Assembly (NCBI GenBank): GCA_937625935.1
Contig: OW569355.1
Span: forward strand, 372,001 to 436,000
DNA: 64,000 nt
Source: Tetramitus jugosus
Taxonomy: Eukaryota; Protista; Heterolobosea
Direction of reading: 5' to 3'
The translations under genes were made by a program, and so were the position numbers. How positions within the stretch are numbered: the first letter of the stretch is position 1; the number at the start of each line of letters is the position of its first letter. This document shows positions 54,533 through 64,000 of this stretch, one piece after another. The notes beneath the pieces were generated by a model. The model was not told where the DNA came from. It worked only from the letters and a program-made list of their open reading frames with translations, and searched no databases.

Positions 54533-57500
54533 ATGTCAACGAATGAACATGTTCACCCAAATTCAATTCCCACTTCAAATAATCACGAAACTTTAATTCA
54601 TACGTCGCAACCAGCTACAATCGAAGCACCTATCGGATCATCGCCACTACCAACATCAACAACAAACGAAATCCATAGCCTAAATATCGAACAACAAACA
54701 GCTATAGAATCAAAACAACAGGAAATCAAACAAAAAGAACAAATATTGGCAATAAAGAGAGAAGAGGAAATCACTGAACAACAACAACAACAACCAAATC
54801 AACAATCATCACATACGACGACTATAACGAACGCAAATGAACAAACAAAAACAGAAAACATGAGTGAATCATCATCACAGCAACCGAAACAACTAAAACA
54901 AGAAAATCAAACAACTAACAATGGATCATTAACCAACAAAAATGACGAAAACAACAACAATACTGCTACTGTGCGTAAAATATTAGCACCTGCCAATCCA
55001 CAAGTTGCGAATGGAGTCAGTGGAAGCAGTGGTAGTGTTGCCTCAAAGAGCGTCACTCCACCAAGGAATCCTATTGTTCTCAACTCTGGAACACCACAGT
55101 CATCATCATCATCGTCATCATCGAAACCGAAAATTATGAGTCCACTTGATATCAAGATGCAAAACTATAAGAATAGACAATTGATGATGGGAGGAGGTGG
55201 TGGAAATGGAGTAGTACTTCCAACAACAATGACTACTATAGTGACCAATAATAATGCGAACAACAGTAGTAATACAGGTTCTTCACATCCATTGGAGCCA
55301 GTGGAATCACAGTCTCACAACAAGCAGTCTTCGTCATCATCATCATCAGCGTCATTACTACCACGACCACGCTCTGATTCTCATAATCGATCATCACCTA
55401 GTCGCCATCACACTCATCATTCATCGCGATCAAGCTCTGGACGCAACGATTTTTCTCACAACAGCGGTAACTTTAACCAAAGAAAACCAGATCCAAGAGA
55501 TCATTTTGGGCATTTCACTCGAAGGTATGCTTCACTTATTTTTTGTTCCATTGTTAATGGATGTTGCTGTTTTGGTACTCATCACTCACACACACACACT
55601 TGTGTAACAATTTCTGAATTCATATGTAAATATATTGCAGTGCCCAAGACTACTACTTCTATGAAAAGTTGGGTGAGGGAACATATGGAGAAGTGTTCAA
55701 GGCACGATGCAAGAGAACCAATGAGATTGTGGCGCTCAAAAAAATTCGAATGGACAGAGAGGAGCAAGGTGTAGGTATTCAACACGTTTTTGTGTTTTTC
55801 TATATGTGTTGTGTTTTTTTGTTCAGTACATGTGTGAGAGAGTGTGTTGCTTATCCCCTCCTCTATATCACAACGAATCTATTGCACAATAGTTTCCAAT
55901 TACGGCCATTCGTGAGATTATCATCCTAAAATCACTCGACCATGAGAACATTGTTCGCTTGAGAGAAGTGATTGCTGCGATCGATCAACCTATATTTTAC
56001 ATGGTGTTCGATTATGTGGAGCATGATCTTGCTGGTCTCTTGGATGCCAGAGTACCGTTTACGGAAGGTCAAGTTAAATCACTCGTCAAACAGCTGCTCT
56101 CAGCTCTAAGAGAATGTCATCGAAGAAAGATTTTACACAGAGATTTGAAGGCATCAAACCTATTGATCACTCAACAAGGTGTGCTCAAACTGGCAGACTT
56201 TGGTCTCTCTCGTTTCATGCAACAGGGCAAGAATCGATACACCAATCGAGTCATCACACGTTGGTATCGACCTCCTGAACTGCTACTCGGATCAACAGAA
56301 TACACAAGTAAGATTGATATGTGGTCTGTGGGATGTATATTAGGTGAAATGATTCTTGGATCAAAAACCATGTTTCCTGGTCGGACAGAACTGGAACAAT
56401 TGGAGTTGATTTGGAAGATATGTGGAACGCCAACAATGGAATCATGGGCCGCTGTTTCGAATCAACCACTCTGGAAGGAGTGCAAACCAAAGCGAGAAAG
56501 CAAGAGAGTTCTCAAGGAAAAATTTAGCCAAACTCTGTTCTCAAAGGAAGCAATTGATCTATTGGATAAGTTATTGGTCTTGGACCCAGAGAAGAGACTA
56601 TCTGCTGAGGAATGTCTGCAACATGAATGGTTCAAAAAAGGACCAGAGCTAGAACGACCATTCAATCTTCCCTCTCGGACCTGCAACGAGTATGGAGCCA
56701 GAAAGAGAAAGGAGAGAGGAGGTGTTGGTCCAGATATGCCACCACCACTGAGTCACAATCCAAACATTGGCCATCACGGAATACCATCGGATCCATACTA
56801 CAGTGACATTCATCCTTCAAAGAAGATGAGATACACCAATGCACATGGCACTAATTTCCGACAACACCCACCAAGAAGTGGTCATATGGATGGAGGAGGA
56901 AGACCTCAAATTGGTGGTCCTCCTGGTGCAAGTGGCTCCTTCATTCCACCATCTGGCACGTCAGGTGATCACCACGGTCATCATCCACAACAACAACACG
57001 GAAGTAGGTTCCATCACGGTTCTGGTCCTCACGGCAGTAGCGGTGGAGGTCATGGTAACTTTTACAATGGACCAAGAGGCTCATCGAGGCAACCATACCA
57101 CACCAGAGATGGTCATCCACCTTCTTTCAAAGGCGGCAATCCAAAACATGGACCTGCAACCAATGGACCAGACAATAACAGCGGCAACACGGGTTCGACG
57201 GAACCACAACAGCATCACCACAGTCAACAACACCACTCGTCCCGTGATGGAGGAGATGGCAACAGACCATCATACTCTCACAACAAGGGCGATAGGCAAT
57301 CCTATCACCATCACAACAGGAGCAACTATAGTGGAGGACCGCGAAGGTACCAAGGCGGTGGCGGTGGAGGTGAGTATCATCACAGGGGAAGCGGTGGCAG
57401 CAACAGAGACAACTACTCTAGCAGTCGCAGTGGTGGAGGTGATTACCATCACCATCACAGCAACAGGTCATTTGATCCTTCGACTCACCATCGTGATCAT

Positions 57501-57746
57501 CCACCTCAACACGGATCATCTGCTCATCATCACCATGGTTCATCAGCCAATGGCAGTGGAGGTGGTAGTGATGGAGGTGCTAATGGACATTCTCATCATC
57601 CAAGTCGTCACAGTGGCGCGCAGGACTCTTCTGGACGACCACCCTCCTCTTCATCAAAAAGGAGAGATGAACATCACAGTAGCCACCATGGTAGCAGTGG
57701 TGGATCGAAAGAAGGTCACCAACCACCACAGTCATCGACAAACTAA
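54533..57746 (+). CDS. Transcriptional CDK, PITAIRE type (CDK9/CDK12/CDKC family)
   Basis: Introns 55525-55640 and 55771-55892 rebuild GEGTYG and [20 protein letters not shown] and [18 protein letters not shown]. Long disordered N- and C-termini. Confidence 0.95.
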
Positions 57747-58189
57747 GGAATGTTGTTGCCGGTCAACTAGCCAAACAAAAAACACTTATCACCAAAGAGG
57801 AGTATCTCTTCTGATAAACAATTGATTTTTTCAAGTGAAGCTCAGTGCACTGACTTGTATCTCTACCTTCCCCACCGATCATTTTTGTTTTGATCGAATG
57901 TTCGTTGAATCAAAAAGCTTTTTCATCAATCAAACTATGACAAACCACTCAATGCAAAAAACAAACCAGTCAATGCATTCGGAAGTGAGAGTTCTTATAT
58001 TTACTGTGTCACGGTTGTTGATCTCCTTGCCGTCATTTCGTATTGTTGTTGTGGGTGAACCTCAATCTGCCCATTGAAGCCCGCCGGTTGACCACCAAAA
58101 ATTTCCCAAACTTTTTCGACAACTTGATCACAAAAAACAAAATCACTGCTTGATTCCACACACCCACACCAACAACAACAACTAATAAA

Positions 58190-58732
58190 ATGAGCGACGT
58201 CGAAAATAAAGTTCACACCGAAGATGACATGCCAGAGATGGAAGATGTCCCAGAATTAGAAACACAACCAGCACAAGAAGCCTCAACTGCTCAACCAACA
58301 GCACAAAAGAGAGTCTCCAAGATGGAGAAGAAGAATAAGAAGGCTTTGTTGAAGTCTGGTTTGAAGGAATTCCCAGGTGTTGAGAAGGTTTCCATCCAAA
58401 CTGTCTCAAAGATCGCTTTGGCTATTGATGAGCCTGATGTCTTCAGAAGCAATGACACCTACGTCATTTTCGGTATCCCTCGTGTTGAAGACTCAAAGAC
58501 TCAACAAACCAAGGACGTCCTCCAAAACATTCTTTCACAACAACAATTCGGTGCAACTGAAGCTCAAGAAACAACAGCTGAAGAAACTGTTGATGCTGAA
58601 GGTATCCAAGAGAAGGATATTGAAGTCGTCATGAAGGAAGCTAGCGTCAGCCGTGCTGCTGCCATCAAGGCCATCAAGGAGAACAATGGTGATGTCGTCG
58701 ATGCTGTCGTTGCTTTGTCCGGAAGTGCATAA
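58190..58732 (+). CDS. NACA: Nascent polypeptide-associated complex alpha subunit
   Basis: SK.EKK.KKAL.K.GLK..PGV, I..PDVFRS.DTYVIFG..RVED, and a C-terminal UBA domain (DIEVVM..ASVSRA.A.KA). Confidence 0.95.
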   Translation: MSDVENKVHTEDDMPEMEDVPELETQPAQEASTAQPTAQKRVSKMEKKNKKALLKSGLKEFPGVEKVSIQTVSKIALAIDEPDVFRSNDTYVIFGIPRVEDSKTQQTKDVLQNILSQQQFGATEAQETTAEETVDAEGIQEKDIEVVMKEASVSRAAAIKAIKENNGDVVDAVVALSGSA

Positions 58733-58779
58733 AGTGTCTAATTAGTAAAAAAAATGAAAAAATCAAAGTTTTTGCTATT

Positions 58780-60254
58780 TTATATTACAAAGAGTGGATT
58801 TTCGTACACGTGCCTCAGATCATTCAACAACTCAATCTGTTTGTCATCTAGGCTGTGATGCAATATTTGTTGTTCGATGATAAAGACGACGTGTGTGACC
58901 CGATCTGTCATGCACGCATCGTACAGCTCTTCAATCAACGGCAGCACATTGTCTTTGAAGAAACTCGTGGTGTTTGACTGTTCCAATTCCGTGCTGAATG
59001 CAGTTAACAATTCCTGCATGCACTCCCGGGATTCCTTCTTTCTCTTCTGGATGAGAAGCACGAGCAACAGTGTCAAGTGTACATTGATCCTCTCTGTAAA
59101 CAACAGAGTGGCCATACTGTTCAGAGTACCGGGCGATCCCAACCTATTCTGTGGTGGTTGATTGGTTCCACATGTTGCAGACTGTTGCATGTTTAGTGTA
59201 ATGCTGCCTGATCTCTGTCTACCAATCATGTCCATTGATTGACCATAGTTTGAACTGCTGGTACCACTTACAGATAGACCACTACCTGTGGATGATGTCG
59301 CTGAGGTAGATGATGCCAATGTTGTGATTCTAGCGGCAGCAGCAGTCATTGATTGAGTCACTGTTTGATATTGCAGTGTCAACAATGTCAATTGCAGTTG
59401 CAACACCTGAGTCACAATCTCATAATCACTCGTTCTCAAGTAGGATAGAACTGCACAGCGCAACGATTGTAATTGCGTTGTAGTATGATTCTCCGAAAAG
59501 AGCATAAAATGCCTTTGTGCCCAATGAATGGCCGATGCACCACCAGTGGTACCAGAACCACTACTACCACTACCACCACCAACGCTAACACCACTATTGG
59601 CACTCATACTACCACTATTCGACGTTTTCGTTTCCTCATAAATCTCAGGATCTTGGAATTGATACGTTGGAGACGCATAAGCAAAGCTCTTCATAAAATA
59701 ACTGCCACTCTCTTCAAACTTTTCCAACGTGTACAACATGTTTGCCAATTCAAAGCACAGTGTCGCACACATGCTATACTCTGCGTGCGACTCATAAATT
59801 TCAATCGAATTCTTGAACGCATCCATTGCCTCCACTACGAATTCCTCCGCCGTAAAATATTTAATTTGCTTTTCGTTGGTGGACGTCTGGACAAAGACGC
59901 GACCTGCATTCAGATAAAAATAGGAGGCATGGAGCGGTGTGCGATTCAATTCTTCACACTTGCCTGCGGAGAGCATACACATGGCAGCATAGTGCTTTTG
60001 ACCTGATCGTTGTAGATCAATAGAGAGCTTTGTGAAGAGTGTGGATACTTCATCGTAGCGTACCTTTCGAAACATTTTCCTGTGTATATTGTTTGTGTGA
60101 ATGGAGTACCGTTAGTTGTGAGCTCACATATGTATGTTCAATGAATGGTGGTGGTTGTTGTTGTTGTTGTTAAAAAGAAGGTGTTGATTTACTTTTTGAG
60201 TCGTTCGGCAATCTTTCGATACTCTTCACTCACATTTAATTGTGGTCCTTCCAT
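58780..60254 (-). CDS. F8A1: HAP40/F8A1 (huntingtin-associated protein 40)-like TPR protein
   Basis: An extra exon 60254-60193 plus intron 60192-60080 gives EEYRKIAERLKKKMFRK…F..L...L......YAAMC.LS.GKCEE, matching the HAP40 N-terminus (YR.VSNKLKKRFLRK…YAAWCQLAVARCQQ). Confidence 0.78.
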
Positions 60255-60362
60255 CTCTTCTTTTGTTTTCTGTCTCGTGAATAAATAGTCTTGTTGATTT
60301 GTTTTTTCCAAAGCACAAAACGTGTGATCGTGAATTGTTTTTTATTGACAAAAGTCAGAGTT

Positions 60363-61658
60363 TTACTCTTCATCGTCAGATGAGGAGTCTGCATTGCTCG
60401 ATCTTGTGCGACTGGTACGACGAGACGATGATGATGCCTGTTGTCTTCGTTGCATTGGTTCGTCTGCTGTCGACGTATAGTTGTTGTCATCGGTACAGAT
60501 TTGGGTGATAAAGTGGGTAATGGTCTGCTTGGAAATCTCCTTTTCTGCTCTGGAACCTGCTCGATAGGCGTACTTGTTCTTTCTTCGACCTCCGTGGTCC
60601 TCTGCTTCTGCCTCTGTTGCAATCTCATCCTTATCCTTATCCAGATAAAACTGTTTTGTGAACTGTTCAATCGTTCGTTCAATATCACCAAACACTTCAT
60701 GTCTCTTGTCACTGCGATGAATGCCGAGACACTTGAGTCGTTCATAGAGCAAATCCTCTCCAATCACATCTTCATTCATTTGAATGAGAGAGAGAATGAC
60801 AATGAGGAGACCCATCTTTGGTGCATCAGACTTTTTTTGCATCTCGGCATACCTTTTCCGTTCATTGGTCACAATGGATTCTATCCGCGAAGCAGCAGAC
60901 TCATCCTCATCTCCATCTTCATTGTTGTTGTCATTGTTACTGCGTCGATTGGTGGCAACATTCTTGTTTTCTTGAGCAGTCATTTCAGGTGGTACCACAA
61001 ATCGTAGTATCCACAATTGTTGACTAGTGCTGCTACTTGTTGTACTATTGGCACCCTTAGTATCACTACTGCCACGTGCATGTCTATCAATCTGTGTCAA
61101 CTCATAACCAAAAATTGTCCTGAGTCGTTTCTTTGACTCTGTAATGATAATATTGAACAAGTCCTTCTTTCCCTTGTGTGCTGCACCGAGTACCAACTGT
61201 GTAATATCATCACGTTTCACAGGCTCCTTTTTCAAATCCTTGAACAGCATCAATCTCATAAAATTAGCAATCAAATTCTCTCGTTGATCATCCGTAATGG
61301 TCCACTTGGGTTGTTTCTGCTGTTGTTGTTGCGTTCCTTTTTTTGATGATTTTCCACCACCGTTTCTTGATCTATGGTGTGCTTGAGAGGCATGTTCAGA
61401 GTCACTTTCATCATCAGAGTCACTGTCTTGAGATTTTCTGGGTATTTTACCTCTTCTGGCAGAAGTTGGTTGTTGACTGTTTGCTACACGTTTTCTACCA
61501 GCAGCAGCACCTCCACCTCTCTGTGAAGAGGTGTTTCGATAGCTTGATCGATCATCACCATCACCATCATCACTACTTTCGTCGTCATTGGCGATAAAAT
61601 CATCATTGTCTTCAGGTGCTTGTTGTTGTCTCTGTGTGGGTTGTCTCCTTCTTCTCAT
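60363..61658 (-). CDS. NSMCE3: NSE3/MAGE-domain subunit of the SMC5/6 complex
   Basis: MAGE homology domain: R.MLFK..KK.PVKR.DI, L..IFGYEL, GLLIVILSLI.M, HEVFGD, F.KQ.YL and G.RA..EISK. Confidence 0.9.
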   Translation of the reverse strand: MRRRRQPTQRQQQAPEDNDDFIANDDESSDDGDGDDRSSYRNTSSQRGGGAAAGRKRVANSQQPTSARRGKIPRKSQDSDSDDESDSEHASQAHHRSRNGGGKSSKKGTQQQQQKQPKWTITDDQRENLIANFMRLMLFKDLKKEPVKRDDITQLVLGAAHKGKKDLFNIIITESKKRLRTIFGYELTQIDRHARGSSDTKGANSTTSSSTSQQLWILRFVVPPEMTAQENKNVATNRRSNNDNNNEDGDEDESAASRIESIVTNERKRYAEMQKKSDAPKMGLLIVILSLIQMNEDVIGEDLLYERLKCLGIHRSDKRHEVFGDIERTIEQFTKQFYLDKDKDEIATEAEAEDHGGRRKNKYAYRAGSRAEKEISKQTITHFITQICTDDNNYTSTADEPMQRRQQASSSSRRTSRTRSSNADSSSDDEE

Positions 61659-61834
61659 TGGTTATGTGAGTCTGTGTTGATTGTTTTTTGTATGACGGTC
61701 AAGGAATTGGCGGTTTTTCTCTGGTCCAGAATTTCAAGGAACTATTTACTCCGATGTGTGGATTATTCCGTTTGACACGTTCCGAATTTGTGATATCCCA
61801 CATTTGGAAGAAACGCACCACAAGCAAACTCAAA

Positions 61835-63337
61835 ATGTCTTCAATCAGACCACATATCGCACTGTTGGCAGTGTTGTTGATGATCCTGTCATTCACTGCA
61901 ATCATTGTCCAAAGCAAAGCTTCTACTGAAGAAGGCCAAAATTGGGTTTTCCTCGTTGCTGGGAGCAATGGCTATCAGAACTAGTATGTATCGATATGAT
62001 TGCATTTGAAAATAATCGCACACAATTGACAAGTAACTGATCCATTTGTTGTTTTTATTGTTGTTGTTGTTGTTTATACTAGTCGACATCAATCTGACAT
62101 CTACCACGCATGGCAAATCTTCTCCAAGAGAGGAATCCCAGACTCCAATATCATTGTGATGCATTACGATGATATTGCAAGTAAGTTTTCTGTTTTATTT
62201 TTTGTGAAATACTTCATAATTTACTTTTTGTAAACATTTGTTATTAACCTTGACAAACACACAGCTAGCATGATGAATCCAATCAAGGGAACAGTGATCA
62301 ATGTACCAAATGGACCAAATGTTTACGAGGGCGTTCCAAAGGACTATGTCGGCAAAGAAGTTACTCCAAAGAACTTTTTAAAGATTTTGTCTGGTCAAGA
62401 TATGGGACCAGGTAAGAAGACGATTCGATCCGGACCAAATGATCGTATCTTTGTTTACTTTGCTGATCACGGCGCACCTGGGTTAATCGCCTTTCCTTCC
62501 TCATTCATTGTGATTGAGCATGTGTTGCATGCAAAGGACTTGATTGCCACAATTGAGCAAATGCACAACAACAAGCAATACAAGGAGATGGTGTTCTATA
62601 TTGAGGCATGTGAATCTGGAAGCATGTTTAACGGATTGTTGAAGGATGAGTGGAATGTGTATGCCACTACTGCTGCTAATCCATATGAATCGAGCTATGC
62701 ATGCTTCGATTCCAAGGTGTATCACACTTACTTGGCTGACTGTTACTCGGCAAACTTTTTGGTTGATACAGAGACTCAACCAAACTTGGACAAGGTGACT
62801 CTTCAACAACAGTATTTGACCATTAAGCAACAAACAAACACATCTCACGTTTGTCAGTATGGTAATATGAACATGTCGAATGAAACATTGGCCACATTCT
62901 TTGGCAGTGGTATGAATGGTGGCAAAGCATCTCATGTATCTCCATCATTGATGAAGGACGCTGACAAGATTGAGACTAGAGATTTAGTCGAGAGATACTT
63001 TTATAAGACTATGATCAACAATCCAAGAGATGCTGAACACAAGAAGAGATATCAAGCTTTTAAGCAACAACAGTTGCGTGCAGATGTGGTGTTTGGTGCA
63101 TTCTATCACTCTTTGAACTTGAATACAGTGGCTAACACCAATAGTGACCGATGCTATGGAAAATCTATCAACATGGATTGCAACAAGGAATCTGTCATTG
63201 CCATGCAAGAGCACTGTGGTCACTTCAACGAAGCTAATTTGAAGTATGCCCGTTACATTACTGATGCTTGTCAAATGTATTCTGCAACTCAAATTTCTGC
63301 CAAGTTCAAGGAGATTTGCTCCGTTGCTGCATTGTAA
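61835..63337 (+). CDS. LGMN: Legumain / asparaginyl endopeptidase (C13)
   Basis: Signal peptide. Introns 61984-62082 and 62181-62264 rebuild [10 protein letters not shown]|RHQ and YDDIA. Catalytic DHG and EACESGS, SHV.QYG and a C-terminal prodomain. Confidence 0.96.
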
Positions 63338-63734
63338 TTAACTCATAAAGGATGACAATGAGAATATTTAGGAACAAACTTTTTTCTCCGCATCATTTAC
63401 TGATCTAGTTTACTCAATATTGAACTGGTTTATTATGCAAACCTCATCAGCTGCGTCAATATCACAATATTCATGATTTCACCTTATCTCAACCATAATT
63501 AACAAGGTATTAAGCTCAGGATTCATGCACCATCCCAGCCATTATTTGAAGAGTGTTTTCAAACAAAGAGATAGTACTTCAGTACTTCCAATAATCATAC
63601 TGGGACTCTTACTATCCACTCCATGAAGCACCTGGACACTACGAAAGGTTTTTACCCCAGTTATTCCAATTGGTTGCAAGTCCTCTCAGGCCACACAAAA
63701 AACCGCGGAAATAGGTCATTTTCGCATTTAGAGT

Positions 63735-63855
63735 GTCTACGTTCATACAATGGTGGAACCACCTCTTCCCATTTCGAATAGAGAAGTTAAGCGCCATCTG
63801 GCTGAGTTAGTATTGAGATAGGAGACTACTTGAGAACCCTCAGTAATGTAGGCTT
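63735..63855 (+). rRNA. 5S rRNA: 5S ribosomal RNA
   Basis: GTCTAC…GAAGTTAAGC…GTTAGTA…GGAGAC…TGTAGGCTT folds by hand into all five 5S helices, with the canonical bulges, loop E (UUAGUA/GAA) and a GAGA tetraloop. Confidence 0.97.
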
Positions 63856-63860
63856 TTCTT
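63854..63860 (+). terminator. RNA polymerase III T-tract terminator of the 5S gene
   Basis: TTTTCTT immediately after helix I. Confidence 0.7.
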
Positions 63861-63937
63861 CTTGCTTTGTACTTTACAAACAAACTGTGGACTGTTCAGA
63901 CTTTATGTATGTAATGTTCAATTCTTGCGGAGTGTTG

Positions 63938-64000
63938 TTATAATATCCAGCAGCTCTCTTGTTTCATCTGTTGAGAAGCATGATGTCCCATGTCTATTCG
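63938..64000 (-). CDS. Possible 3' end of a gene entering from the right edge, ending in CaaX (…KQESCWIL)
   Basis: Manual translation gives RIDMGHHASQQMKQESCWIL-stop. Only 20 codons are visible. Confidence 0.4.
   Translation of the reverse strand, partial: RIDMGHHASQQMKQESCWIL

Noticed and set aside
56839-57825. 328-aa alternative-frame ORF over the CDK tail
   Set aside because: The CAT/CAC/GGT/AGT repeats lack stops in the shifted frame; the T/I/V/M composition is a frame artefact.
57786-57896. Three small hairpins downstream of the CDK stop, one followed by ACA
   Set aside because: Too short for H/ACA snoRNA geometry, and no H box; compatible with chance in an AT-rich UTR.
58780-61658. 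HAP40 next to a MAGE-domain gene, echoing the F8A and MAGE genes on human Xq28
   Set aside because: Mammalian X-linked MAGE genes are a late expansion, so the adjacency is almost certainly coincidental.
1-64000. Alternative genetic code, U12-type introns, CRISPR arrays or intact transposons
   Set aside because: Conserved genes translate and terminate normally with TAA, TAG and TGA. All 17 reconstructed introns are GT-AG with U2-type donors. No repeat-spacer arrays or transposase, RT or integrase motifs were seen.

Overview
This is gene-dense eukaryotic nuclear DNA in the standard genetic code. The actin sequence places it most likely in Heterolobosea (Naegleria-like, but differing from Naegleria actin as I recall it). 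The window holds about 33 protein-coding genes with short intergenic spacers, and I reconstructed 17 short GT-AG introns (62-175 nt, mostly 5'-biased) by eye. Housekeeping genes include actin, coactosin, a VAMP7-type SNARE, dolichol kinase, an LTA4H-type M1 aminopeptidase, DNA polymerase epsilon, NEDD1, CENP-X, SAC1, an RRP5 HAT-domain protein, a class II eIF4E, PHAF1, CFAP418, ribophorin I, sterol C14 reductase, a PITAIRE CDK, NAC-alpha, HAP40, NSE3 and legumain. Two RNA genes that an ORF track cannot show are present: U4 snRNA (about 4581-4712) and a solitary 5S rRNA (63735-63855) with a prokaryote-length 13-nt loop C. Other highlights are an eIF4E with a natural W73A-equivalent substitution, E2F-type TTTSSCGC sites concentrated upstream of replication and mitosis genes, an RRP5 with no S1 domains, an Mdv1/Caf4-like WD40 protein and two bacterial-looking genes. 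I found no convincing transposon, CRISPR array, tRNA or multi-gene novel system. All homology calls come from motif recognition, not database searches.
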